From NCBI GenBank assembly GCA_000175855.1, contig ACYB01000007.1, positions 60,001-92,000 on the forward strand: a stretch of 32,000 nt of DNA, written 5' to 3'. This document shows, in pieces, positions 1-11,693 of this stretch. Within the stretch, counting starts at the first letter, position 1. Each line of letters opens with the position of its first letter. Below the pieces are notes generated by a model that searched no databases, was not told the DNA's origin, and saw only the letters and a list, made by a program, of their open reading frames with translations. This DNA is from Raphidiopsis brookii D9. GTDB taxonomy: Bacteria; Cyanobacteriota; Cyanobacteriia; Cyanobacteriales; Nostocaceae. The translations under genes were made by a program, and so were the position numbers.

Positions 1-746
1 CTTCCCGCGCATTTACAACTATTTGATTTAATTGGTCGTATTTCGTAGTTGACCAAAATCTATTATTAATACGGAGTAATTTAGATGATAGCACAAAAGC
101 TGATTGCCAACGCCTGTTTTGTAATTCTCCAATGGAGGACTGGTAGATTTCCTCAGCTGTTGACCAGGTAGATTGCCATTTGAGTATTTTCTCTTCCACA
201 AACTGACGATCTTCCAAACTTTCTGGAATTTTTTTGGTCAGTAGCTATTGCTTCCTCCAAATTTCCCGATTGGAAGCTCTTCTCCGCCAAATTTATAATG
301 TCCCGTGACCACTCCTGCAATAGATCATTAATTTGCCCTCTTAGAGGATGATCCTGTGGTAAATCCTTCACTAAAGCTATAGCTTGTAATAAATCATTAA
401 CCGTCTGTTTGGAAGCAGCCAGGTTAGCACAGTGGACGCGCATCGAAGCACTGGCTAAAGGCCAGAATATTCTAGGACAGTTAGGAGCGGAAGGTAGTTT
501 AAGTAAGATAGCTACTGATATAATACCCATGGTGCTGGGAATAAACGCTAGCACCAAAAACCACCATATCCAGCTTTTCTTCCACATTCCTAATTCCCAT
601 ATCTTATTGCGATCGCTATGCTGAATAGCGTTCCTACCGGATGATTGATTGACCTGGACTTCTGAATCTGGGGACAATCTTGGATTTTGCTCTGGTTTTG
701 TGGTCTCAACCGGAGAAAAACCTCCTGAAATATCCTGATCTGTCAT
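1..746 (-). CDS. Conserved cyanobacterial membrane protein, C-terminus off the window, reading frame interrupted by a 1-nt frameshift in an A7 run
   Basis: The 197-aa ORF has one hydrophobic segment (WWFLVLAFIPSTMGIISVAILL). After the A7 run (plus-strand T7, 229-235) the other frame continues as IPESLEDRQFVEEKILKWQSTWSTAEEIYQSSIGELQNRRWQSAFVLSSKLLRINNRFWSTTKYDQLNQIVVNARE to the window edge. Confidence 0.6.
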
Positions 747-958
747 CTCTCACACCACACTAAATTGATTAACAGTCCATTTTGACAAATTTATCCTATC
801 AACTCCAGAAGGTAGTGCGGGTGCGGTCCAGTGTATAGACTGACACCCACCCACTCCGCTCTTTAAAACTTATCTAAAAGTATATACATCAGGGAATATG
901 CTTAACTTAATTTTAGTATTGTTTTAATTCTAGTGTTATTTTACCATGTTAGAATAAT

Positions 959-1855
959 TTAACTTTTAAAATTTTGTAAATCCACAATTAGTTGAGCTAG
1001 ATTATCAGTGCTTGCTTGATAAACACTACCGCAAAAATCGCAGGTAGCTTCAGCTCCGTTGTCCTTGAGAATCATATCTTGTAATTCGGACTCTCCCAAC
1101 ATTTTCAACGCTCCTAGCACGCGCTCAAAGGAACAACCACAATGAAAGCGCAGAAGCTGACTTTCAGGAAAAATTGTCAGCTCCATATCCCCCAATAAAT
1201 CCTCAAAAATGTCGGTTAAGCTTTTACCCGCTTGTAATAATGGTGTAAATCCAGATAATGCTGACACTCTCGATTCCAGTCTTTCCACCAGAACTTCGTC
1301 TCTGGCAACTTTTGGCAGAACTTGAATTAAAATTCCTCCAGCTGCAGTTACACCGCCCGAACCAACAAACACACCCAACACCAAAGCGGAAGGGGTTTGC
1401 TCGGAGTTGACTAGGTAATGGGTAACATCATCCCCAATCTCTCCGGACACTAGTTCTACCGTACTAGAATAGGGATAGCCATAACCAATATCTTTAACTA
1501 CATACAAATACCCTTTGCCCACAGCACCTCCCACGTCCAGTTTACCCTTAGTGTTGGGTAGTAGTTCTATGGATGGGTTGCCCACGTAACCCCTGACTGT
1601 TCCATCCAGTCCAGCATCTACTAATATACCCCCTAATGGCCCATCTCCCTTTACTCGCAGGTTAATTCTTGAACCAGAGCGTTTCATCCCTGAAGCCATT
1701 AGCAAACCTGCTGACATAGTTCTTCCCAGAGCTGCTGTAGCTACATAGGAAAGTTTATGGCGCACTCTTGCCTCTTCGACTAACTTTGTGGTGATTACAC
1801 CGACCGCTCGAATGCCACCGTTTGCCGCTGTGGCCCGCATTAGTTTGTCCGCCAT
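959..1855 (-). CDS. hslO: Hsp33 redox-regulated chaperone
   Basis: Full-length ORF with HCGCSFERV...ATCDFCGSVY (the CxC/CxxC zinc motif) and typical Hsp33 N-terminal sequence. The likely start is MADKLMRATA at 1855. Confidence 0.95.
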   Translation of the reverse strand: MADKLMRATAANGGIRAVGVITTKLVEEARVRHKLSYVATAALGRTMSAGLLMASGMKRSGSRINLRVKGDGPLGGILVDAGLDGTVRGYVGNPSIELLPNTKGKLDVGGAVGKGYLYVVKDIGYGYPYSSTVELVSGEIGDDVTHYLVNSEQTPSALVLGVFVGSGGVTAAGGILIQVLPKVARDEVLVERLESRVSALSGFTPLLQAGKSLTDIFEDLLGDMELTIFPESQLLRFHCGCSFERVLGALKMLGESELQDMILKDNGAEATCDFCGSVYQASTDNLAQLIVDLQNFKS

Positions 1856-2031
1856 AAACACCTTTACTATTTACAAAAAACTGCTCAGGTAACCATTTGG
1901 GTTTAAACACTGGAGAAGATTCTTCCATAATCATTATTTACTATATCATAGTTAATGCTGACTTCCATCTTAAAATTGGGGATTTAAACGGTTCATACCG
2001 TTCTTGCTAAAACTATAAAATAACAACTATT

Positions 2032-2412
2032 ATGTTAGGAACCTTTCAACAAAGCCAATTGCGCATAGAAATAGAAGCATCCTCCCAGGCCATTCATGAT
2101 AGTCTTGTCTTTCCTTCAAAATTACGTGAATGGCTGCCATTTGCAAGTCTTACCCCATCCATGCCAGAAAAATTGACCCCCGGTTTTGATTTCACTACTT
2201 CCATAGGATACGTAACCATATATCATCATGTGGATGTTTTGAGGGTTAATTGTTTACGCTTACTTCTTAGTGGTGCTATTGATGGTTTTCATGAGTGGTA
2301 CTGGGGAGAAGGTTGGCTACAGTCCCGATTGGAGGGTGTGTCAATGTTACCCTTGAATTTGGGTCAAACTCTTAGTTTGTTGAAACTACGTCATTTTTTG
2401 ATCGCTCCCTAG
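2032..2412 (+). CDS. Small conserved hypothetical protein, possibly SRPBCC-like
   Basis: 126-aa ORF with ATG start and protein-like composition. The family guess comes from sequence character only. Confidence 0.55.
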   Translation: MLGTFQQSQLRIEIEASSQAIHDSLVFPSKLREWLPFASLTPSMPEKLTPGFDFTTSIGYVTIYHHVDVLRVNCLRLLLSGAIDGFHEWYWGEGWLQSRLEGVSMLPLNLGQTLSLLKLRHFLIAP

Positions 2413-2838
2413 CTACCCTTGTGACTTAACTACCAATACGGAACAGTGCGCTTCTTCCATTACTTGTGTACTGACGGAGCGCAAAACGATTTTTTTCATG
2501 CCTGTTAACCCACGATTACCAATCACCACTAGATCGGCTTTATAAATATTTGCTAGTCTGATTATTTCATCCGCAGGATCCCCTGATACTAATTCTAGTT
2601 GGCTTTTTACCGCCAATTTTTCTTGGTAGGTTTGCAATTGCTTTTCTACCTGAAAATAAGACAATTTGGGTGAGTTTGGATGAGGACGATCAGCTGGCAA
2701 TTCCGTGGAGTCCGATGATGGAAATACATGACAAAGAATCACCCGCGCATTCGGCGAAATCTTAAGATTATCTAAGGTCTCCATCACTCTTTCCCCAATT
2801 TCTGAATCATCTAAAGCCACTAAAATAGTATTTAACAC
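2413..2838 (-). CDS. Universal stress protein (UspA family)
   Basis: MLNTILVALDDSE...GDPADEIIRLANIYKADLVVIGNRGLTGMKK...GSVS-like segment and C-terminal CSVLVVK, typical of the Usp family. Confidence 0.92.
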   Translation of the reverse strand: MLNTILVALDDSEIGERVMETLDNLKISPNARVILCHVFPSSDSTELPADRPHPNSPKLSYFQVEKQLQTYQEKLAVKSQLELVSGDPADEIIRLANIYKADLVVIGNRGLTGMKKIVLRSVSTQVMEEAHCSVLVVKSQG

Positions 2839-2990
2839 CTCTTTTACCTCCTCAATTCAAAATCACCCTAGTTTTTTCAGTTTACCCCGTTCCAACTCAT
2901 TTCTGTCCAATCTTGAAAAAAGGAATTCCCCCGCAGTTGTAATCTGGGGGAATATGTATAGAACTGAGAAATCCTATCTATACCTCACTT

Positions 2991-4289
2991 TTAGCCATCA
3001 GCATCAAATCTTATACGCACTGAATCCGCATGAGAAGGTAAACCCTCCGCCATGGCTAAGGTGCTAATGGCATTGGCTACTTTGCTAAGTGCACTTCGGG
3101 AGTATTGTATAATACTTGAGTGTTTGAGGAACGTTTCTACACCCAAAGCGGAAGCATAACGAGCAGCACCGGATGTAGGTAGGGTGTGATTAGGACCAGC
3201 TAAATAGTCACCTACCGCCTCTGGTGTAGAATCGCCTAAGAAAATCGCCCCCGCATGACGGATATGCTCGATTAATGACCAAGGGTCTTTTACTTCCAAT
3301 TCCAAATGTTCCGGGGCAAATATATTAGAAAATTCCGCCGCTGCTTCCAAGGATTCCACAATTACGACTAGTCCATAATGGGCGATCGCCTTTTCTGTGT
3401 CTATCCTTCTGGGATGATCTACTAATTGTCTATCTACCTCTAACTGAACCTTTTTGGCTAAACCAGTGTCCGTAGTCAATAAAATTGCCGCTGCCATGGG
3501 ATCATGTTCCGCTTGGGCTAACATATCTGCCGCCAGATGTTTGGGATTAGCACTTTCATCGGCAATAATTAACACCTCACTCGGCCCAGCTAAGGAGTCA
3601 ATACCCACAGTCCCATATACTAGTTTTTTGGCTAGGGTGACATAAATATTACCAGGACCTGTAATTACATCTACCTTGGGAATGGTTTCTGTACCGTATG
3701 CCAGGGCTGCGATCGCCTGGGATCCCCCAACGCGATAAATTTCGCCTACCCCAGCTTCTTGAGCAGCTACCAACACCGCCGGATTAATTACTTTATCACG
3801 ACCCGGTGGCGTGACCATGACTATCCGAGGTACACCTGCTACTTTAGCTGGTATGGCATTCATTAGTACTGTACTAGGATAGCAGGCCCTACCACCGGGA
3901 ATATATAGACCCGCCCTATCTACGGGTGTGTAGCGTTTACCTAAAACTACTTCATCTTCCCCAAAGTGCACCCAGGTTCTTGGTACTCTCTGACGATGAA
4001 AAGCTTCTATTCGTTCACAGGCCAGCCTAATTGACGCCAACAAATCCTTCGATATTTGTTGGTAAGCCACGTCCATCTCAGAACCTTTTACCCTCATCCC
4101 CGGTTCCAAGGTTTGGTGATCAAACTCGGCTGTGTACTGGAGTACGGCTTTGTCGCCCTGGTTTTTTACAGACAGCAAAACCTCTCGTACAGTTGCTTCT
4201 TTATTAAACACCTGTTCGTCATGGGTACGTTCGCAGATGCGTTGTAGTTCGGATACAACATCTGCCTGCTGAGTGATAATTCGCAGCAT
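2991..4289 (-). CDS. hisD: Histidinol dehydrogenase
   Basis: 432 aa with VDRAGLYIPGG, VYRVGGSQAIAALAYGTETIPKVDVITGPGN and AGPSEVLIIAD, which are hallmark HisD blocks. Confidence 0.97.
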   Translation of the reverse strand: MLRIITQQADVVSELQRICERTHDEQVFNKEATVREVLLSVKNQGDKAVLQYTAEFDHQTLEPGMRVKGSEMDVAYQQISKDLLASIRLACERIEAFHRQRVPRTWVHFGEDEVVLGKRYTPVDRAGLYIPGGRACYPSTVLMNAIPAKVAGVPRIVMVTPPGRDKVINPAVLVAAQEAGVGEIYRVGGSQAIAALAYGTETIPKVDVITGPGNIYVTLAKKLVYGTVGIDSLAGPSEVLIIADESANPKHLAADMLAQAEHDPMAAAILLTTDTGLAKKVQLEVDRQLVDHPRRIDTEKAIAHYGLVVIVESLEAAAEFSNIFAPEHLELEVKDPWSLIEHIRHAGAIFLGDSTPEAVGDYLAGPNHTLPTSGAARYASALGVETFLKHSSIIQYSRSALSKVANAISTLAMAEGLPSHADSVRIRFDADG

Positions 4290-4797
4290 GGAGTAGTAAG
4301 GACAGTGCCAAAATTAGAATTTTTTCCCTTTTGATCATTAGTTTGGCTTTTTAGCCTTTCGGATAAACAGCTGCCACTAATTTTCTTCTCTAGCTTAACC
4401 TGCTTTTTTTTGTATACCACCATTATTTCGACCTATCATTTATCGCTGTAAAAGCTCTAAAAACAGTTTGATAATCTTATACTCCCTAACCAGTCCTTGA
4501 TATACTGGAGCAGTCTGGGGATCAGGTGGTATTAATCGTGAGTTTTTTATTGTTAGGGCCTATTATAACCTATTTTAAAAATCCCTGACCCCCATGCTAT
4601 TGCCAATTTCTCCTGAACTGGAAATTTTTCTATCTTTAAATCAACTCTTTACAAAACTTTACAAAACTTTTGTTAAAAGTTGTAAAATTTTTCCTAAAAT
4701 TTTTCTGTGGAATTGCAGCACTTGCAAATTTCGTGCTATCCTAGTATTTCTAGTAGTGTGTGTACATATTAATTGATAGTTTTTTTGGGAACTGACC

Positions 4798-5091
4798 GTG
4801 GCAAACACAAAATCAGCACTTAAACGCGCCCAAATCGCGGAGCGTAACCAACTGCACAACAAAGCATATAAATCAGCAGTAAAGACGCTAATGAAGAAAT
4901 ACTTTGCTGCAGTGGAAGCCTATGCTTCCAATCCTACGAGCGAGTCCAAACAGTTGGTCGATGAGAGGATGTCACAAGCCTACAGCAAAATTGACAAAGC
5001 TGTTAAAAGGGGAGTGTTGCATCCAAACAGTGGGGCTAGAAAAAAATCTAGATTGGCGCGGAAGCTCAAACCATTGACCCAACCGGTTTAG
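4798..5091 (+). CDS. rpsT: 30S ribosomal protein S20
   Basis: GTG start. [30 protein letters not shown]...AAVEAYASN...[20 protein letters not shown] is S20. Confidence 0.96.
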   Translation: MANTKSALKRAQIAERNQLHNKAYKSAVKTLMKKYFAAVEAYASNPTSESKQLVDERMSQAYSKIDKAVKRGVLHPNSGARKKSRLARKLKPLTQPV

Positions 5092-5114
5092 GAGCCAGAT
5101 ATAGTTACTAATTT

Positions 5115-5133
5115 GTAATTCGTAATTCGTAAT
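5115..5133. repeat. Heptanucleotide tandem repeat GTAATTC, ~2.7 copies
   Basis: Direct reading: GTAATTC GTAATTC GTAAT immediately downstream of rpsT. Confidence 0.7.
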
Positions 5134-5267
5134 AGGAAAAAGCTAAGATAAGTCGTTAAATCAAAAAAACCGGTTGATTTTGGTTTAATGAGTACTTGAA
5201 CCTGGTTATGGATTATGGATTAGCAAATTATGGCAAATCACGAGTTGTTGTCACTGATAACCGAAAA

Positions 5268-6134
5268 ATGCAATTAATAGATAGCCACGTACATCTGAAC
5301 TTTGAAACTTTTAAGCCAGATTTAGAAGCAGTGAGATACCGTTGGCAAGAAGCAGGGGTAGCGCACCTGGTGCATTCCTGTGTTCATCCAGGGGAATTTG
5401 CCAGCATTTGGTCTATAGCTAAGCAATTCCCGGAGGTGAGCTTTGCCATTGGGTTACATCCTTTGGACGCTGATAGATGGGAAGAACACACGGGGGCTGA
5501 AATAAGAAATTCAGCTTACTTATCTAACCAATCAAATGCGCCTATTGTAGCAATTGGGGAAATGGGACTAGATTTTTACAAAGCCAGCAACCGTGAGCAA
5601 CAACATAAGGTATTTGAAGCCCAACTGGCGATCGCCACGGAATTAGATTTACCGGTAATAGTCCATTGTCGGGAAGCTGCTGTAGAAGCGAGAGAGGTGC
5701 TAGAAAAATGGCGAGAAAGGGAAGGAGAGAGGGTGCGGGGTGTAATGCATTGTTGGGGAGGAACACCGGAGGAAACCCAATGGTTTTTAGATTTGGGTTT
5801 TTATATTAGCTTTAGTGGTACAGTTACCTTTAAGAATGCGAAAGCTATACAATCCTCAGCAGCGATGGTAAGTAAAGAGAGGATTTTGATTGAAACTGAC
5901 TGTCCATTTTTATCACCCACACCCAAGAGAGGAGAGAAGCGTAACGAGCCAGCGTATGTAAGCTATGTAGCAGCGCAGTTAGCAAAAATACGAGGAGAAC
6001 CCGTAGAATCCATAGCTGACCAAACGACTGCCAATGCTTGTAGACTGTTTGGGATTAGACTGGAGGAAGGAGAAAACTCCGGGAGAAAAATTCGGCCAAA
6101 TCCTGATATCGAGAATAACCTGGCGGATCCTTGA
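5268..6134 (+). CDS. tatD: TatD family metal-dependent hydrolase
   Basis: [12 protein letters not shown]..., [29 protein letters not shown]. The start is placed at the ATG before the metal-binding DSHVHL, not the upstream TTG at 5196. Confidence 0.9.
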   Translation: MQLIDSHVHLNFETFKPDLEAVRYRWQEAGVAHLVHSCVHPGEFASIWSIAKQFPEVSFAIGLHPLDADRWEEHTGAEIRNSAYLSNQSNAPIVAIGEMGLDFYKASNREQQHKVFEAQLAIATELDLPVIVHCREAAVEAREVLEKWREREGERVRGVMHCWGGTPEETQWFLDLGFYISFSGTVTFKNAKAIQSSAAMVSKERILIETDCPFLSPTPKRGEKRNEPAYVSYVAAQLAKIRGEPVESIADQTTANACRLFGIRLEEGENSGRKIRPNPDIENNLADP

Positions 6135-6364
6135 TTTTTGGTGTCTCACAGCGAGTGTAGATGAGGTCTGGATAAGTATATGAACAGAGAATTAATGAGC
6201 AAAATGTACGTAATGAGTAGACAAATCACCCACCACTCGTCAACAGTTAGCAGGAGCAAGGTTTCCACGTTTATCTAATTTTATTTTTTTATTGGGTTTT
6301 CTTATTGGGTTTATTCTCCCACCGTTCTCAAAACAAGTTTAACCAGGTTGACAAAGGTAGAGGC

Positions 6365-9300
6365 ATGAACAACGAAAATTATATGGAACCATCCTTTCTA
6401 TTACCAGATCTAATTGAGATTCAGCGTTCTAGCTTTCGCTGGTTTTTAGAAGAGGGTTTAATAGAAGAGCTGAACTCATTTAGTCCTATTACGGACTATA
6501 CAGGAAAATTAGAACTCCATTTTTTAGGACATAACTATAAGCTAAAAGAGCCGAAATATAGCGTAGAAGAGTCTAAAAGAAGAGATAGCACATACGGTGT
6601 ACAAATGTATGTGCCCACAAGGCTTCTTAATAAAGAAACAGGTGATATTAAAGAACAGGAAGTATTTATAGGTGATCTACCCTTAATGACGGATAGAGGA
6701 ACCTTTATTATTAACGGAGCCGAGCGAGTAATAGTCAACCAAATCGTGCGATCGCCGGGCGTATATTACAAATCAGAGATTGATAAAAATGGGAGAAGAA
6801 CATATTCTGCCAGTCTAATTCCCAACCGGGGGGCATGGCTAAAATTTGAGACAGACCGTAATGATTTAGTGTGGGTAAGAATAGATAAGACCCGGAAATT
6901 GTCAATCCAGGTACTACTTAAAGCATTAGGACTGTCAGATAATGAAATTTTAGATGCTTTAAGGCATCCAGAATACTTTCAAAAGACCATTGAAAAAGAG
7001 GGACAATTCTCGGAAGAGGAGGCCCTTCTGGAGCTGTATAGAAAGCTGAGACCCGGGGAACCACCCACGGTGATGGGGGGACAACAGCTATTAGAATCGC
7101 GCTTTTTCGATCCCAAACGTTACGACCTAGGTAGGGTAGGTAGATATAAACTTAACAAGAAACTACGCCTTTCCGTTCCTGACACCACTAGGGTTCTCAC
7201 CCCAGGGGATATTCTATCCGCTGTGGACTATCTCATCAACCTAGAATACGACATTGGTAGTATTGATGACATTGACCATCTCGGAAATCGCCGAGTTAGA
7301 AGCGTTGGTGAATTGCTTCAGAACCAAGTAAGAGTCGGTTTAAATCGTTTAGAGAGGATCATTAGAGAAAGAATGACCGTCTCCGATGCCGAAGTGTTAA
7401 CACCAGCATCACTAGTCAACCCCAAACCCTTAGTAGCAGCCATAAAAGAGTTTTTTGGTTCTAGTCAGCTAAGTCAATTCATGGATCAGACCAACCCCTT
7501 AGCGGAACTAACCCATAAACGACGCTTGAGTGCTTTAGGTCCTGGTGGACTAACCAGAGAGAGAGCTGGTTTTGCCGTGCGAGACATTCATCCCAGCCAC
7601 TACGGACGCATTTGCCCTATTGAAACGCCGGAAGGTCCAAATGCGGGGTTAATTGGTTCCCTAGCTACCCATGCTCGTGTTAACCAGTATGGATTTTTAG
7701 AAACACCTTTCAGACCCGTAGAAAACGGAAGAGTTTGCTACGAAAAACCAGCTGTTTACATGACAGCAGATGAGGAAGATGATCTGCGGGTTGCACCTGG
7801 TGACATTCCCGTAGATGACAACGGACAAATACTAGGAATCCAAGTACCCGTTCGTTATCGCCAAGAATTTTCCACCACTACTCCCGAACAGGTAGACTAT
7901 GTAGCTGTGTCACCAGTACAAATTGTCTCAGTAGCCACCAGCATGATTCCCTTTTTGGAGCATGATGATGCCAACCGAGCCTTAATGGGTTCTAACATGC
8001 AAAGGCAAGCAGTACCCTTATTGAAACCCGAGCGTCCCCTAGTGGGAACTGGACTGGAGGCCCAAGGTGCCAGAGACTCAGGTATGGTAATTGTTTCCCG
8101 TACTGATGGAGATGTGGTATATGTAGATGCGACCGAGATTCGTGTTCGAGTGAAAGAAAAAGCCGCTCTTACCAACCGTGAAAGCGAAACTATTCCCCAT
8201 AAACCCCAGGAAGTTAAATACGTTCTCTCCAAATATCAACGTTCTAACCAGGACACCTGTCTCAATCAAAAACCCCTAGTGCGGATTGGGGAAAAAGTCA
8301 TAGCAGGTCAGGTATTAGCAGATGGTTCATCCACAGAAGGGGGAGAATTAGCATTAGGGCAAAATGTTATTGTTGCCTATATGCCCTGGGAAGGGTATAA
8401 CTACGAAGATGCAATTTTAATTTCCGAGAGGCTGGTACAAGAGGACGTTTACACATCAATACATATTGAAAAATTTGAAATAGAAGCAAGACAAACCAAA
8501 CTAGGACCTGAAGAGATTACCAGAGAAATACCCAACGTTGGGGAAGACGCCCTCAGACAATTAGATGAACAGGGGATAATCAGAGTAGGGGCCTGGGTAG
8601 AATCAGGAGACATTCTAGTGGGGAAAGTGACCCCTAAAGGAGAATCAGATCAACCACCGGAAGAAAAACTACTTAGAGCGATTTTCGGGGAGAAAGCTCG
8701 CGACGTGAGGGACAACTCCCTGCGGGTTCCCAATGGTGAAAAAGGAAGAGTAGTGGATGTGCGACTATTTACTAGAGAGCAGGGGGATGAACTTCCACCG
8801 GGAGCCAATATGGTAGTGCGGGTGTATGTAGCCCAGAAACGTAAAATCCAGGTTGGTGACAAAATGGCTGGGAGACATGGAAATAAAGGCATCATTTCTC
8901 GAATTTTGCCCTTAGAAGACATGCCATACCTTCCCGACGGCACCCCAGTAGATATAGTCCTTAACCCCCTAGGTGTACCTAGTCGAATGAACGTAGGACA
9001 GGTGTTTGAATGCCTATTGGGTTGGGCGGGTCACAACCTGGGAGTACGCTTTAAAATCACCCCCTTTGATGAAATGTACGGAGAAGAATCTTCCCGACGT
9101 ATAGTTCACGGCAAATTATGGGAAGCTAGGGAAGAAACCAGTAGGGATTGGGTATATAATCCCGAAAACCCCGGCAAAATAATGGTTTATGATGGACGCA
9201 CGGGCGAGCCCTTTGATCGTGCAGTCACCGTGGGGATAGCCTATATGCTCAAACTTGTCCACTTAGTTGATGATAAAATTCATGCTCGCTCCACAGGTCC

Positions 9301-9706
9301 TTATTCCTTAGTCACCCAGCAACCCTTGGGTGGTAAAGCACAACAGGGAGGTCAAAGATTTGGAGAGATGGAAGTGTGGGCCCTAGAGGCATTTGGTGCT
9401 GCTTATACATTACAGGAACTGCTAACTGTGAAATCAGATGATATGCAGGGACGTAATGAAGCATTGAATGCCATTGTTAAAGGAAAAGCTATTCCTCGTC
9501 CTGGCACTCCTGAGTCCTTCAAAGTGTTAATGAGAGAATTACAATCTTTAGGATTGGATATTGCGGTACATAAAGTAGAAACCCAAACAGATGGTAGTTC
9601 TCTAGATGTAGAAGTTGACTTGATGGCCGATCAAGTATCTCGTCGCACTCCTCCCCGTCCAACATACGAATCCTTTTCTCGTGATTCCCTGGATGAGGAC
9701 GAGTAA
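6365..9706 (+). CDS. rpoB: DNA-directed RNA polymerase subunit beta
   Basis: Full-length cyanobacterial RpoB ([24 protein letters not shown]..., [36 protein letters not shown]). The ATG at 6365 fits known N-termini better than the TTG at 6305. Confidence 0.98.
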   Translation: MNNENYMEPSFLLPDLIEIQRSSFRWFLEEGLIEELNSFSPITDYTGKLELHFLGHNYKLKEPKYSVEESKRRDSTYGVQMYVPTRLLNKETGDIKEQEVFIGDLPLMTDRGTFIINGAERVIVNQIVRSPGVYYKSEIDKNGRRTYSASLIPNRGAWLKFETDRNDLVWVRIDKTRKLSIQVLLKALGLSDNEILDALRHPEYFQKTIEKEGQFSEEEALLELYRKLRPGEPPTVMGGQQLLESRFFDPKRYDLGRVGRYKLNKKLRLSVPDTTRVLTPGDILSAVDYLINLEYDIGSIDDIDHLGNRRVRSVGELLQNQVRVGLNRLERIIRERMTVSDAEVLTPASLVNPKPLVAAIKEFFGSSQLSQFMDQTNPLAELTHKRRLSALGPGGLTRERAGFAVRDIHPSHYGRICPIETPEGPNAGLIGSLATHARVNQYGFLETPFRPVENGRVCYEKPAVYMTADEEDDLRVAPGDIPVDDNGQILGIQVPVRYRQEFSTTTPEQVDYVAVSPVQIVSVATSMIPFLEHDDANRALMGSNMQRQAVPLLKPERPLVGTGLEAQGARDSGMVIVSRTDGDVVYVDATEIRVRVKEKAALTNRESETIPHKPQEVKYVLSKYQRSNQDTCLNQKPLVRIGEKVIAGQVLADGSSTEGGELALGQNVIVAYMPWEGYNYEDAILISERLVQEDVYTSIHIEKFEIEARQTKLGPEEITREIPNVGEDALRQLDEQGIIRVGAWVESGDILVGKVTPKGESDQPPEEKLLRAIFGEKARDVRDNSLRVPNGEKGRVVDVRLFTREQGDELPPGANMVVRVYVAQKRKIQVGDKMAGRHGNKGIISRILPLEDMPYLPDGTPVDIVLNPLGVPSRMNVGQVFECLLGWAGHNLGVRFKITPFDEMYGEESSRRIVHGKLWEAREETSRDWVYNPENPGKIMVYDGRTGEPFDRAVTVGIAYMLKLVHLVDDKIHARSTGPYSLVTQQPLGGKAQQGGQRFGEMEVWALEAFGAAYTLQELLTVKSDDMQGRNEALNAIVKGKAIPRPGTPESFKVLMRELQSLGLDIAVHKVETQTDGSSLDVEVDLMADQVSRRTPPRPTYESFSRDSLDEDE

Positions 9707-9774
9707 TTAATCTAATCACTAAAATCACAAGCTTAGAACAACTTAGAACAATCTAGAACTAAATTTACTGAACT

Positions 9775-11651
9775 ATGCGCTCCGTCCAATCTAATCAATT
9801 TGATTACGTCAAAATTGGCATTGCTTCACCAGAACGTATCCGCGCTTGGGGGAACGTACCTTACCTAATGGTCAGGTGGTTGGTGAGGTGACAAAACCTG
9901 AAACCATTAACTACCGCACCCTCAAGCCAGAAATGGATGGTTTGTTTTGCGAGCGGATCTTTGGCCCTGCTAAAGACTGGGAATGTCATTGTGGTAAATA
10001 TAAACGGGTTCGTCATAGAGGTATTGTCTGTGAGCGCTGTGGGGTAGAGGTAACGGAATCACGAGTTCGCCGCCATAGAATGGGTTTCATTAAGTTAGCA
10101 GCACCCGTAGCCCATGTTTGGTATCTCAAAGGCATCCCTAGTTATATTGCTATACTATTAGACATGCCTCTACGAGATGTTGAGCAAATCGTCTACTTTA
10201 ACTCCTATGTAGTTTTAGCTCCTGGTAATGCTGACACACTGGTTTACAAGCAATTATTAACAGAAGACCAATGGTTAGAAGTTGAAGACAGGATTTATAG
10301 TGAAGATTCTCAACTAGTAGGCGTAGAAGTAGGAATTGGTGCTGAAGCTTTACTACGTTTATTGTCAGATATTAATTTAGAAGAAGAGGCGGAAAAACTA
10401 CGGGGGGAAATTGAATCGGCAAAGGGACAAAAACGGGCCAAATTGATTAAACGTCTGCGGGTAATTGACAATTTCATTGCCACTGGTTCCAAACCGGAAT
10501 GGATGGTGATGTCAGCTATTCCAGTCATTCCACCCGATCTCCGTCCCATGGTCCAACTGGATGGTGGTAGATTTGCTACTAGCGATTTAAACGACCTCTA
10601 TCGTCGGGTAATCAATCGCAATAATCGTTTAGCTAGGCTACAGGAAATCCTGGCACCGGAAATCATTGTCCGCAATGAAAAACGTATGTTACAGGAAGCG
10701 GTAGATGCTTTAATTGACAATGGTCGGAGAGGACGCACCGTAGTGGGAGCCAATAACCGTCCATTAAAGTCCTTATCAGATATTATAGAAGGTAAACAGG
10801 GACGATTTCGGCAAAACCTCCTGGGTAAAAGAGTTGACTACTCAGGACGTTCGGTTATTGTAGTTGGTCCCAAGTTGCAAATTCATCAGTGTGGACTCCC
10901 CAGGGAAATGGCCATAGAACTGTTTCAGCCGTTTGTGATTAATCGTTTAATTCGATCGGGAATAGTTAACAATATTAAAGCAGCCAAAAAGCTCATTTCT
11001 CGTAACGATCCTACTGTTTGGGATGTTTTGGAAGAAGTAATAGAAGGACATCCGGTTATGCTAAACCGTGCACCTACACTTCATAGATTAGGAATTCAGT
11101 CTTTCGAGCCCATATTAGTAGAGGGAAGAGCGATACAGTTACATCCTCTTGTTTGTCCAGCATTCAATGCTGACTTTGATGGAGATCAGATGGCTGTTCA
11201 CGTTCCTTTGTCCTTAGAAAGCCAAGCGGAAGCAAGACTGTTAATGTTAGCATCTAACAACATTCTTTCGCCTGCTACGGGTAAACCCATTGTCACACCC
11301 AGCCAAGACATGGTTTTGGGAGCCTATTACCTCACTGCTGAAAATCCTAATGCTAGCAAGGGAGCAGGCAAATACTTTGCCTCCCTAGACGATGTAATTA
11401 TGGCATATCAACAAGATCAAGTGGAACTACATGCCTATATTTATGTTCGATTCGATGGCGATGTGCAAACAGGACAACCGGATAACGAACCCTTGGAAGT
11501 TACAGAAAACGAAGATGGTAGCCGTACTCTCTTGTATAAATTTCGTCGAATACGAGAAGATGCCCAAGGGAATTTAATTTCCCAATATATTTACACCACT
11601 CCTGGCAGAGTGATTTATAACAAAGCAATTCAAGATGCTTTAGCCACCTAA
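9775..11651 (+). CDS. rpoC1: DNA-directed RNA polymerase subunit gamma (RpoC1), with an apparent 1-nt deletion near the 5' end
   Basis: The ORF from 9846 encodes [19 protein letters not shown]...[12 protein letters not shown]. The expected N-terminus [26 protein letters not shown] is encoded from the ATG at 9775 in another frame. The frames meet in the G5 run at 9848-9852, where one more G restores [10 protein letters not shown]. Confidence 0.95.
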
Positions 11652-11693
11652 TTACCCGTCCCGTTTGTCCTATTCTCCATTTCTTAACCCACC

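Noticed and set aside
229-235. Programmed ribosomal frameshifting as an explanation for the multiple split genes
   Set aside because: Required shifts go in different directions, occur in unrelated sequence contexts, and include rpoC1 and rpoC2, which are not known to need recoding. Indel errors or mutations are simpler, though this was not tested.
2410-2415. Directly abutting convergent stop codons (TAG/CTA) of the 126-aa gene and the Usp gene
   Set aside because: Compact but not unusual in bacterial genomes. No evidence of function.
4166-4423. 85-aa minus-strand ORF upstream of hisD
   Set aside because: It overlaps the hisD 5' end in another frame with low-complexity Lys-rich composition. 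It is likely spurious.
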